Assembly (NCBI GenBank): GCA_030704615.1
Contig: CM060731.1
Coordinates: 38,688,001-38,752,000, forward strand
Origin: Takakia lepidozioides
Lineage: Eukaryota > Plantae > Bryophyta
DNA length: 64,000 nucleotides
Reading direction: 5' to 3'
A model generated the notes under the pieces. That model was not told the origin of the DNA and searched no databases. It saw only the letters and a program-made list of their open reading frames with translations. Every line of letters begins with the position of its first letter. Positions within the stretch are counted from its first letter, which is position 1. Below are positions 41,771-53,087 of the stretch, in pieces. Made by a program: the position numbers and the translations under genes.

Positions 41771-44700
41771 TTGCTCGAGTGCTCCTGTTCCCCTCTCCTG
41801 CATTGCATCATGTCCACCACAACTCGACTTCAGAGAGGTCAGAGAGTGCAGCTGGTGAGGCGGTGGATTCGCATGCAGGTGAAGTACCTGCGACGCAGAT
41901 TCCTGAGGGCTTACAGGAATTGCTTTGCCTTCAGTTTGAAGGACTTGGGAGCACTGAAGGGTCAAGAGATCCGTATTGAGTTGGCCACTGACACGCCAAT
42001 CTTTCGGAGACCCTATAGATACAGTGACATGGAGAGGTCTTTGATTCAGATGAGGACTCAAGATCTCTGGGAGGCAGGTTTGGTGGAGCTCTCTGGTGGA
42101 GAGTATGCTTCAGCCACAGTGATGCCAGCCAAGAAGGATATCTATGGCAATTGGACGGAGAGACGTATGTGCGGTGATTACCGGCCTGTAAATCGTCAGA
42201 CCAAGTCCGATAAGTATGCCATGCCAACACCGGAGGAGATCTTTGATGCCATCGGGCATGCTAAGGCCTTTAGCACTTTGGATTTACGATCCGGATATCA
42301 CCAGTTGCCAATCAAGGAGGCGGACAAGCAGAAGACGGCATTCTGGGGGATCAATGAGCACGGCAAGGATTGCCTATATCAGTGGCGGTTCTTACCATTT
42401 GGGCTTAAGAATGCTCCTGCAGAGTTTCAGAGAGTCATGGATAGGATTCTAGCAGGGGTGGACTTTGCTCGGTGCTACATAGATGACATCATCATCTTTA
42501 GTGTTACGATGGAGGAGCATGAGAGACACCTTCAGGTGGTATTGGAGCGCTTGAGGGCGCACGGATTGAAGTTGCATCCGGGGAAGTGCAAGTTTTTCCA
42601 CAACCAGATTGAGTATCTGGGTCACATGATATATCCTGGAGGATTGGGGGTACAGCAGACTAAGGTAGAGGCCATTGCACAAATTCCACGCCCCACGGAT
42701 GTGAGCCGAGTTCGAGCTTTCATGGGGTTGGCAAACTATTATAGACGGTTTGTCAAGGGATTTAGTACCATTGCAAAAGCTCTAACCAAGCTGACCAAGG
42801 TGGACCAGGAGTGGCAGTGGGAAGATGAGCAGGAACGAGCTTTTCAAGAGCTCAAGGCGAGGTTGACCTCGGCGCCTATCTTGAGACGACCTATCAGGGG
42901 GCGTCCCTTTCAGCTGCATACGGATTGGAGCATGTTGGGGCTTGGAGCGGTGCTCACACAGGTGGATGATGAGGGAAGAGAGTTCGTAGTGGCTTACGCT
43001 AGCCGCTCGAACAACGCTGCAGAGGCTAAGTACAGCTCATATGAGGGAGAGTGCTTAGCTGCAGTGTGGGCCGTGACACACTTCAGGTGCTATCTATATG
43101 GCAATCTTTTCACCCTTGTCACGGATCACCAGCCACTCAAGTGGTTGATGGAGTCAGACAAGCTTACGGGGAAGCTTGCACGGTGGGCACTTATACTCCA
43201 GGAGTATGACTTTCAGGTTGTGCATCGACCGGGTTTGGTCAATCGGGATGCGGATGGATTGAGTCGCAATCCATGCATGAGCCAGCAGGATGACACTGGA
43301 GCTCGGTGGCATGGTGAGACGGACGAGGAGATGGTGCCGGGATGGCACGCATCTGCATTTTTGTGTATCTTGGCATCGGGAGGTCAGATTGGACCTACAA
43401 CAGGGATGACTGTAGACGGAGTGTCTGAGGACCCTGAGGCTAGTGATGAGCTAGGTGGTGCCAGAGATATACATGAGGATTCGGCTGTGTTGGACTACCT
43501 CCGCACGGGAGACACGGCAGCCATTGTGACTGCCAGGGAGAGAGATCGGATCCTGCAACGAGCCAAGAGGTTCAAGTGGGAGGGGATACACCTACTTCGA
43601 GTGTGGGAGGGTGGTCGGGTGAGGATTGTGCCTCACCCCACACAGCGTGCACGGTTAGTGCGGCATGCCCATGAGGAGTTGGGGCATTTTGGAGTGCGAC
43701 GCACTCACAGTTTACTGCAGGGGCAGTATTGGTGGCGTGGTATGCATACAGAGGTGCAACAGTTTGTGGCTAGGTGCATGGTGTATGACAGGGTGCGTGC
43801 TTCATTCAACGCCCCTACACCACAGTTGCATCTTTTACCTATCATGGGATTGGGCTACAGATGGAGTCTTGACTTCGCAGGACCGTTGCCACTGACTATG
43901 CGCCACCACAGATATGTGTTGGTGATGGTGGAGCACTTCTCCAAGTGGATTGAGTTGGTTCCATTGCCTGACAAGGCTAGTGATGGGGCTGCGTATGCAT
44001 TCTTGGATCGTGTGCTTAGCCGATTTGGTGCTCCAGCTGAGGTACTCACGGACCAAAGGAGAGAGTTCTTGGGGGAGTTTCAGGCTTTGTGTGATAAAGC
44101 CTTGATAGACCACCGCACCACTTCTCGGGATCATCCTGAGGCCGATGGCTTAGCAGAGAGAGTTGTTCAGACGGTGAAGAGGGGTTTGCGCAAGTATGGC
44201 TTGCAGAAGGGACACCTAGGAGATTGGGATCTTCAGGTTCCTTGGTTAGCCATGGGCTACAGGTTCAGCAAACAAGCATCACTTGCCTCCTTCTCACCAT
44301 ATTTCCTTCTCTTTGGCCGAGAGCCGGATTTGCCTGCAGCCATTCGTAGGGACACTGCTCCAGTCCTTAACCTTGACGATCCGGACGTGTGGGTACGTGC
44401 ATGTGATCAGCGTGCAGAGTTGTTCAAGAAAGTCATGCCCATGGCTTTTGAGAACCTTGCCATTGCACAACACCGTGATACGTTGAGGTATGCCACTATA
44501 CGTGGTGGAGGATATCGTCCTGGGGTTCGGAGGTTTAGCCCTGGTGACTATGTTTATTTGCAGCAGACTGCTCCTACGACTCTGGATGTTACTGCAGGGC
44601 GTGTTATTCTGAGGGTTCGAGAGGTGTTGCCCTCAGGGGTCCTGATCTTAGAGGGTCCGGATGGCATGACTTGGAAAGACCATGTGCGTAATTGTGCGCC

Positions 44701-44911
44701 ATGTCACCTTCCCAATGTCGATGGCAGAGTTGACCCAAACTTGGCAGTGGTACCTGCAGGTTTGAGGTGCATGCTCTGTGGGTCTGCCAAAGGGGCAGCC
44801 ACCATGCTGGTGTGCGATCGGTGCTCAAGGGGTTGGCATATGGGATGCTTGACACCACCTCTTGAGAAGGTTCCTGACGGAGATTGGTTGTGTCCACACT
44901 GCTTGGGATAG
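41771..44911 (+). mobile_element. Ty3/Gypsy pol (RT-RNase H-integrase) with C-terminal PHD finger, 5'-truncated
   Basis: Open 1046-aa frame with recognisable homology from about 41900. RT motifs LDLRSGYHQ, PFGLKNAP and YIDD; RNase H TDWS and TDHQPL; integrase HEELGH, SLDFAGP, TDQ and AERVVQ. The domain order RT-RH-INT is Gypsy. Some conserved residues look mutated (CMVY, TDQRREF). Confidence 0.95.
44768..44902 (+). other. PHD finger (C4HC3) fused to the integrase C-terminus
   Basis: CMLC-x8-MLVCDRCSRGWHMGCLTPPLEKVPDGDWLCPHC. Confidence 0.92.
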
Positions 44912-45171
44912 TGGCAGTGGACATGACTGGAGGCAGCTAACAAGACATGGGAGGCCAAGCTCATAGGAGTCAATACATGAGATCCCAAGCTCAAGTTCAC
45001 AGGTTGCAAGACGGCGACTAACGATGGGGCAACTCTTGCACCCGGCCTCTTGATCTATCGAGTTTGAGTGTAGTAGGGATAGTGGTGGAGGACTTAGTGA
45101 GGCTATGGTCACTATCACATCTTGTGGCTACCTGGACTTAGAGGGACCTAAGCACCAGCTAGGGGGGCGAT

Positions 45172-45688
45172 TGTGTGGACTAGTGACTGCCATAGTGGGC
45201 AGCGTAGTGGCAGCCTAGTGACTGACTAGTTGTAGCCTAGTGGTTGGACTAGTGGCTGGACTAGTGGTAGACTAGTGGTATACTAGTGTGTGGTGTGCAC
45301 ATGTGGTGTGTGGTTTTGGACAGCGATGTAGTTGTGTAGCGATATGTATGCGCACGACAGCTGTCAAGTTATTTTACCACTAGTGTGAAACTAGCTAGGA
45401 AATAGCTATCTTTTACATATTGACATTTGGGATTGGCCCAAGTGTCAATCCAGGGGTCAAGGCAGATTTAGGCCCTGGAGTGGTTATCTTCACGGCAAGT
45501 GCGGGAGGCTCATCTTTCTCGAGTTGAGCCTCACCGCGCCTAGTTATGGCGCCGTAGTGTGGATTCCCCATGGCGTGGGGTGCACTTGGCTTGACTTGTA
45601 TTTGAGTGATGAGGTTATATATGCATGAGTTTATGCTTCAGCTTTGTGAGCTCGCATGAGCTTGTGCTTGTATTCTTCTTCTTTATCA
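45172..45688 (+). mobile_element. 3' LTR of the PHD-Gypsy element (about 517 bp)
   Basis: Preceded by the polypurine tract AGGGGGGCGA(T). Begins TGTG, ends TATCA, has a TATA-like TATATAT near 45616 and internal CTAGTGG micro-repeats. Confidence 0.75.
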
Positions 45689-45689
45689 T

Positions 45690-45875
45690 TGTGTGGACTA
45701 GTGACTGCCATAGTGGGCAGCGTAGTGGCAGCCTAGTGACTGACTAGTTGTAGCCTAGTGGTTGGACTAGTGGCTGGACTAGTGGTAGACTAGTGGTATA
45801 CTAGTGTGTGGTGTGCACATGTGGTGTGGTTTTGGACAGCGATGTAGTTGTGTAGCGATATGTATGCGCACGACA
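45690..45875 (+). repeat. Second, truncated copy of the same LTR 5' end
   Basis: Near-identical to 45172-45359 apart from a 2-bp indel. Confidence 0.9.
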
Positions 45876-45876
45876 T

Positions 45877-46074
45877 CATCAAAATGAACCTGAGTACGAG
45901 GTGGAGGCAATACTTAAGTTGAGGAGGTTCAGGAACCGAGAAACGGAGTATCTCGTCAAATGGAAGGGCTATCATCATGTGGAGGCATCTTGGGTGTGTG
46001 CCTCAGAAATGGGAAACACATCCGAGGCGGTTGCAGCTTTCGAAGGGCGACCTCAAAAGCGGAAGAAGCGTTGA
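45877..46074 (+). mobile_element. Chromodomain-encoding 3' end of a chromovirus (Ty3/Gypsy) integrase
   Basis: EPEYEVEAILKLRRFRNRETEYLVKWKGYHHVEASWV...*, followed by a PPT-like GTGGGGGAGGAAA and TG at 46109. Confidence 0.9.
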
Positions 46075-46108
46075 TGGGGACATCAACCTTGGAGCGTGGG
46101 GGAGGAAA

Positions 46109-47710
46109 TGCATGCTTAGCCCGGCTTAGCTAGCTTAGGAATCCGATTACAAAAACTTGTATTGTACAAAAATTTGTTATAAAGGAAATGGGTTCCAAAT
46201 GTTGTGCGTCCTATTTTGTTTAGAATGGTGATGCATGGTATGGTTGGCTAGTGTGTAGAATGCATGCTAGCTTATAAAAGTGGGAGAGGTAAATTGGGTT
46301 AATCGTGTGTTTGCGTAGTGCCAAAATCGGGTGACCCCCATCCAAGGGGCAAGGAAACTTGCGACTTCTTTGGGAGTTCACGTGCTAGTGCGCACCTGGC
46401 GCGTGCGCGTACTATAACTGCGCTACCGAGGGGGTTGCCTTGTAGTGCGGGCTAACGCGGAAGCTACGTGCTTCCGTTCACGTACTATAATCGTGTAGCC
46501 TCGGGACGAAGTCGTAGTGCGGCTTCGGCGTGTTCCCGTACCTCAGGCCAGCATTCCAAGGCGGATCCAATTGTAGTGATTAGGGCGCACGGTTGGTTCA
46601 AGGTTATCTTCCTAGTCAAAGAGGGTTCCAGGGAACCCTTGCTCAAGGTGATGCCAAAAGCGGCATCATGAGCGATTGCAAGCAATGTTGTTGCAGTAAG
46701 GCGATTCGATCCTCGGGGAGGATCGTTCCTTGGCCTTGAAGTAGGCCAAGAAGAGTGCACTGGGAGGAGCTTGAGAGGTTCCACCCTTGGCCGGGACTTG
46801 GAGGAAGTCGGCCGAACTAGCTAGTGGAGAGTAGAGTCAAGTGTGGGGTTTGGTTCTTTGCCATGGGACGCCATGGTACGGAAACAAACTCCTTGATGTG
46901 GGACGCCACAACTTGGATGTTCGTTTCTACAAAATGGACAAGTCGATGAGGACATCGACTCCCTGTTGGTAGGGGTGTGTGTCGCGGCCCTTTGCCTTGA
47001 GGGCAGGGGGTCGGGACACACGAGGGGCTGCCCCTGTGGTGGGGGCAGCGGCAGCGATAGGTATGGGGGGGGGCTGAAGCACCCTTGAGTGCCCAAGGCA
47101 CTCAGGGAAGCGGAGGCGCTCACTAGGTGGAGCCCCGCACACCGGGTTGCGGTGGGGGTGGCTCCACAAGGGGTGGTGGTAGCTTAGCGGGACTTAGTGG
47201 GGGTGGCATAGGACTCACCATGGGGGCGGAGACCTCGTGGTGGGAGTCGTGGGGAGTCTTGGGACTCATCACGGTCCATACGGGCCGTGGTGAGTGGGCC
47301 AAGACTCACCGCGACTCATCACCGGGAGTCGAGGGTTTTCGTGGTGGTTCGCCATAAAATGGCATGGCTGGTTGTGAAACCCCCGCGGACAGCTACAGAA
47401 GTATATATAAGGGGAGTAGTGACCCCGAGAACGGTGCAAGCCCGTTGGTGACCCAAAACTAGTGAGTAAGCGAGCGAGCCAGAAAGCGATCAAAGAGTGG
47501 GGAGCTGTTCCAGACTGCCATCTACCAAAGGGAATTCTCCTAGTCCCAAATAGGTGGAGGGTTTAGTGGGAAGCGAAGGGGGACCGTTATGTCCCGGTGA
47601 GCAGCCGAAGCTCCAAGTTGGCCCGGGCGGCCAGGTTGGGAATCAGGCGCGCGCATCAAAGCGAGTAACTATGACTTGAAGGGGAGCTTACCGAAGTGAG
47701 GTGCGCGACA
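46109..47710. mobile_element. LTR-type sequence of about 1.6 kb containing family-A copy 2
   Basis: TG...CA ends (TGCATGC...GCGCGACA). The distal 620 bp match 1-577 and, inverted, 63724-64000. It truncates the Harbinger ORF at 47710. May be one LTR or two opposed LTR pieces. Confidence 0.7.
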
Positions 47711-48423
47711 CATTCATACTTCCCGGCTCCCCAACATAAATATCTACAAATTTTGCACTAGGATTGACAACACCCTGCAACACCATTGAGTAGTATCCAA
47801 GTCTATTGCGATAGTCGAGTTTGATATTGTTTGCAGGGGCTTGAATCCTGATTTGCGTACAATCGATTACACCCACTACATTTGGAATTCCAGATCTACG
47901 TTCGTTTTCGAGCATGGATGTCTTTAGGGTATCACCAGCCTCCCATCGAAGGTGGTGACCTAACACAGACACAATAGCAGGTACAACTTGACGTAAGAGC
48001 TCATATAGTGTCGCTGCACCAATTCCAAATGCTTCTGTCATTTCAGCAGTAGTTGCTGCCCATATCAATTTGTATAATACAGCCTCGACCCGCATGGGAA
48101 CAGATAAGCATTTGCGATAGTTAGTGTCTTGCAGAGATATCGAAGGAGCAAGAGCATTTGCATAGCCAGTTGAAGGTACCTGAACTCATTTTCATGATCA
48201 TGAGCCATCGAGCATCGTCATACTCCAATAGAAATTCCTGAAACCATGCTCGAGACCTATGCTTCACCCACATCCCAGATGAAATACAACCTCTAGGTTT
48301 GCAAAACTTGATAATGAAAAGTGTGTCAAGCGTTGAATGCCATTGCTGGATGCATTGGTCAAGGGAATCATCTTCGTCCACGTCCATTCCATGGACTTGG
48401 GAAAGTGACGCATCCACATGCAA
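47711..48423 (-). mobile_element. PIF/Harbinger (HARBI1-like) DDE transposase remnant
   Basis: DDARWLMIMKMSSGTFNWLC; VEAVLYKL; AFGIGAAT; PNVVGVIDCTQIRI; DYRNRLGYYSMVLQGVV; FVDIYVGEPGSMN. Frameshift near 48150, cut by the LTR just before the second catalytic Asp. Confidence 0.88.
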
Positions 48424-50290
48424 ACTTGGTGTCTTGGACCCTAACCAAAGAGCTCTGGAAACTGATCCATCATGTATTGCATGAGGACGAGAATCTCAGC
48501 AAATGCTAAGAAGACATCCTTGTCCATCATGGGTTCCATCCTGTGAGTTAGGCCCCCACCTCTTGCTTGGAAAATAGAATATTATGACAGCCTTCTCGTC
48601 CCAAAATGTTCAACAGTTGCTCTCCAAATTCATGTTTCCCAACACATTCCCGGTACCAACCCCATTTAGTCTTCTAGTAAAAGAAGCCTGAGATGATGAT
48701 TGACCCTTCACTCAGAGCTGCTTGATGGTAAATGCCATCAAATCTAAACTATTTGACCATGGATAGAGAAGTGGCTCAGGTTGGACTAATTAACCAACCC
48801 TCATATCCGAGCTTATCCATAACACTTGGGGTAGACTGGAATCAGCGTGCTCCAATTGATTTCAAGAAGAAATGATCCAAACATGTAAGGTACACCAAGA
48901 TCATTGACTCTAATTTCAATGGTTTTTTTACCTGGTTTGGCATTCAAGAAGCAAACTTTTCAGATACAACATGGAGATTCCTTGCAAACAGAATCCTCCT
49001 ACCAATTATGTAGTCCTGAAGGTGCTGTGCCTATGCAAACATAAGCCTCACTTTGAAATGTGAGGGGCTCAATCCGGTGGGGGGGTTTTACTGAAGCGAG
49101 AAATGGATAGTGGCGGATCAGACTCCGTTGGTGTGGAATTTACAATATGTAATGTAATCAAGCAAGGAAGAAATAGCATATATCTGTAAATAGCAAGTAC
49201 CAGTAGCACACACTGAACTAAGCATATGGTACTGGCATGGAACTAGGTATTCCAATGTTTGCAAACCTAAGCCATTGGATTATACTTCATGCGTGCAGTG
49301 TATTTACCTGGGTAGGAACAAACAGCTGACGAGGGTTGATTTCAAACTTCTGACCCAAAGTCATGTCTTCGACATCTTGGCAGCTCACTCTATCAACGGT
49401 GAAGCTAAGCGGACGCTCCACGCACTGGTTCATCACAAAAATCAAGTTCAGAATTTGTGACACCTATCCTGAGTTGTTGAAATACCAAACTAACTCATTC
49501 ATGCATTCAGAGTTCCAATAATCCAAATCAAGGCTTTGTGTCTGTGCATGTCCTAGAATGTATTGCTGGTCGAAATGTGCAATGGGGCTGTGCTGCCTAT
49601 GGCCACAATATACAGAGTCTACATCTCATGTTGTAAGTTTTGGGACTTCGGGAGCCCTGCATAAAAGCACTGGGATTACAAACACCATTGCCAACAAGTC
49701 TGCGCACCAAGGGTGTAGACCTGCGCCACCCACCATAGCATTATATTTATACATTGCAGCTGACCAGGAGAGCAAAGATCGAAAAGAGATCAAGGAACTT
49801 CCGAGATTAAGTCAGAAGCTTGTCTCTTGCAATTGGCAAAATGATACAACTGAAGTCGAAGCAACGAAGTGGCCTCTGTGACCCTTCCAACCCAAGTGAC
49901 TCCTCAACTCGAGCTACCAAAAACCTGATCCAGCAGTGCTTGAAAGCCTCGAGTAATGTGCAGCATTGTGCTCCTGGCTCGTGATCTTGTCTCGTCGTTG
50001 CTCCTTTGGCTATGGCGAAAAGGAAGGAGGCGCGAGAAAATGGCGAGAGGAAGTCGGGCAGGGGCAGGCGAACACATGTTTAAAACTAACAATATGCACT
50101 TAAAACATGTTAAGCTAAAATGTTGGTGCGGTAGGGATATTGTTAGTTGCAGCAGCTGTTACGAAAACGGGGCTGCTAACCGTTAGCAAGTGTTCTACGC
50201 TAACAGCGCGGTGCGGCGGGGGCCTTACATAGGCTCTCCCTCTTTGTTGTGCATGCTCCAGCCTCCATTCTTAGTTTTTTTTTTTTTTTT

Positions 50291-50480
50291 GAGACGAGGT
50301 GTTGAGTAGACAGATATTTGGAAATATCCATTTTGGATAATGTGGGCATGCACTTGCTTTCTTGTTTCTAGGTCTTTACTCTTGATACACCCTTGTAAAA
50401 TGCACAATTAAGTATTGGAGTCTGGTGGCCAAAATGAATTGCTGGTTCAAATTGTATAGTGCCTGATTGACTTGTTCTCC
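50291..50480 (-). pseudogene. N-terminal fragment of a PLS-class PPR gene
   Basis: GEQVNQALYNLNQ...ILQGCIKSKDLETRKQVHAHIIQNGY parallels the start of the PPR at 1017-1679. Frameshifted and ends at an A-tract. Confidence 0.7.
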
Positions 50481-51412
50481 CTTACAAGGTGTACCCACAA
50501 CCACAACAGTGCCAGAAAAATTCTTCTTGAGTCCCTCTCCTGATCCTGTTTCAAAAGCATTTCGACACGGCCATCCTGCATGACTCAAAATCTTAACTTA
50601 CAATCAATTGGCATATTGTATTCCTAGCTCATTGATAAACCAAGCGTTCTCAAAGAAGAGAGGCTTGGGACTACGTATGAAGAGGTTAAAAATGCTAAAG
50701 TCTTAGTTAGAGAATAAGTGGTACAAATGCTACATCTTTGGGTTGGAACCCATGAAAATAGTAAAGACAATTCCATATGTATTCATGGACTGGAGCTTCA
50801 CTAATTGTAGTTGTAAGAAGTTTATATTTTTTAGTTTTTTTAGTTTTTTGTTTTAGTTCATACTTCTTTTCATTTTTCGTTTCAATTTCATATGACAAAA
50901 TTGTGTGAAAGGTCAAAAGTCTGTCAACCTGTCATGTGTAAGGCATTTTCTCAAAGTTGTATGTCACAGTGAAAGTCAAAAACAATTTAACCTGTCACAA
51001 AAAAGGTCGGGCTACCTGTCAAAAAACAACACTGATGCCAAGCTCCCGACAGTTCCACGTGAAGGTGGGCACTCGGGTGAAGGTGGGCACTGGGTAGGTA
51101 AGAAACGCTTCGCATTTAAAGCAGGGCGACAAACATGCGCACATGTTTAAGTTTAGACAAACATTCTGACACCTTGGATCTCGGCACACGTTTATACCTG
51201 CAACTGACCTACAAAAGGACCATGAGGAGGCTAGCAGCTACAGTACAACCTTGGGAGGTACAATCAGGGATCTTTGTTGGGAAGGGTGTTCCGTGTTCGT
51301 TCAGTTTGCACCTCCAGGCTCCAGCTGCCAGCAACGAAAACCAGTAGGACTACTAGGGTAGAAGGGTAGTAATAAACTGGTAACTATGTAAGTCCTAGCA
51401 GGAGAGGAAAGA

Positions 51413-53087
51413 CGAAGAGACTACCCTTATCCGACGAGTTTAATGCGCGCGTGCGAAACTGACGGCACGGACGTCCGTCCTGCCCCCAGCCGCGGCCCAC
51501 CGACTCCGCCGTGTCAAATCCCCGCCCCCCGTCCAAACCCCCCCGCCCCGCGCCGCGCCGCTCCCCGGCACGAGGCCGCGTCCGCCCGCCCGCCCCCGCC
51601 CACTTATAAGCGCCGCGACGGCCAGGCCCCTCACTATCTCTCGGGTAGCTCCGTGGTCGTGCCTCACACGCCAGCCCGCTCCCCGGTTCGAACCCGCGCG
51701 TCGAGCTCCTCGTTCCCCTCGCATGTCCCTCCCCCGCTCCCCTCGCGTGGCGGGTCTATGCTCCCCTCAAGTGGCGATCCCCGCTCCCCTCGCGCGGCGC
51801 TCCCCGCCCCCGCTCTCCTCGCGTGTTGCGACCCGCTTCCCTCTGGCACCGCTACCCCTCACGTGACCTTGCCCTCGCGTGTTGCGACCCGCTCCCCTCC
51901 AGCGCCGTTACCGCCCCCCTCCCGTGACGCTCCCCGCTCCCCTCGCGTGGCAGTCCCCTTCGGCGTGAGTCCCCCGCTCCCCTCTCGTGGCGCTCCCCAC
52001 CCCCCCGCTCCCCTCCGGCGCCGCTACCGCCCCCTCGCGTGGCGGTCCCCTTCGGCGCATGTCCCCGCTCCCCACGCGTGGCACTCCCCGCTCCTCCGAA
52101 GGGGCGCTCCCCGCTCCCCTTCGGCGCCGCTATCGTCCCCCTCGAGTGACGCTCCCCGCTCCCCTCGCATGGCGGTCCCTTTCGACGCGAGTCCCCGCTC
52201 CCCTCGCATGGCGGTCCCTTTCGACGCGAGTCCCCGCTCCCCGCTCCTCCGAAGGGCCGCCCGCCCCCCGCTCCCCTCGCGTGGCGCTTCCCGCCCCCTC
52301 CGGCAGTTGTCCCCACTCCCCTCGGGTGTCCTCGCCTCGAGGTGGGCTCCACGCGACCCTCGCGTGCGTCTGGCGGCTCCCCGCTGGCCTCCTGTGGCTC
52401 TCCCCGTTCCTCCGGTCAGCCTCCCCGCTCCCCTCCTCAGCCGCTCTCCTCGCGATGGCTCCCAGCTCCCCCTTCTGTGACGCTCCCCCTCTCCCCCGCT
52501 CCCCTACTGCGCCGCGACGAATGCTCAGACACGTGGCTGTGTCGTTACCGTTCACCGCTGTATATATATGTATGAATGCTCTTCTCAGTTTTCATAGATG
52601 TTTGCTTTCTTCGGCAGCCTTGCAACAGCGACTCCTCTCGCTCCAATCCCGGGTGTTCAGTGATGGGTGTTCTCCAGCGTGGAATGTGTTCTCCAGCGTG
52701 ATCCAGGGCTCCCCCTTGCCCTCTCCCCTCCCCGCTTCCCATCCGTCGCTCCGCTGCGATCGCGTCACCCCACCCCTCGCGCGAGCGACATGCGAGGGGA
52801 GCGGGGACCCACCGCGAGGGGAACAGGGGAGCGCGGCGCGCGGGTTCGAACCGGGGAGCTGCTGGCTGGCGTGTGCGAGGCGCGACCACGGATCTACCCA
52901 AGAGATAGTGAGGGGCCTGGCCGTCGCGGCGCTTATAAGTGGGCGGGTGCGGGCGGGGTGCCGGAGGCGTGGGGCGGGGATTTGACGCAGCGGACGCCGG
53001 CGGGCTGTGGCTCCGGGGGCAGCACGGACGTCCGTGCCGTCAGTTTCGCACGCGCATTAAACCCGTCGGATAAGGGTAGTCTCTTCG
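51413..53087. mobile_element. Non-autonomous foldback/MULE-like element with about 320-bp terminal inverted repeats and internal GC-rich tandem repeats
   Basis: Left end CGAAGAGACTACCCTTATCCGACG is the reverse complement of right end CGTCGGATAAGGGTAGTCTCTTCG. Many CCCCGCTCCCCTCGCG(T/A) units at 51710-52500. The flanks match only 6/9 (GAGGAAAGA vs GTGGAAAAT). Confidence 0.85.

Noticed and set aside
45176-45290. CTAGTGG repeats as a CRISPR-like array
   Set aside because: Units of about 11 bp with no unique spacers, inside an LTR in eukaryotic DNA with no cas genes.
45172-45875. TRIM interpretation (two ~187-bp LTRs around a 330-bp core)
   Set aside because: No PBS after the first repeat and no PPT before the second. 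The PPT lies before the first copy, directly after pol.
51443-52985. Long Pro/Arg-rich ORFs (345 aa, 332 aa) and their antisense partners
   Set aside because: By-product of a stop-poor GC-rich tandem repeat inside the foldback element; open in several frames with no domain.
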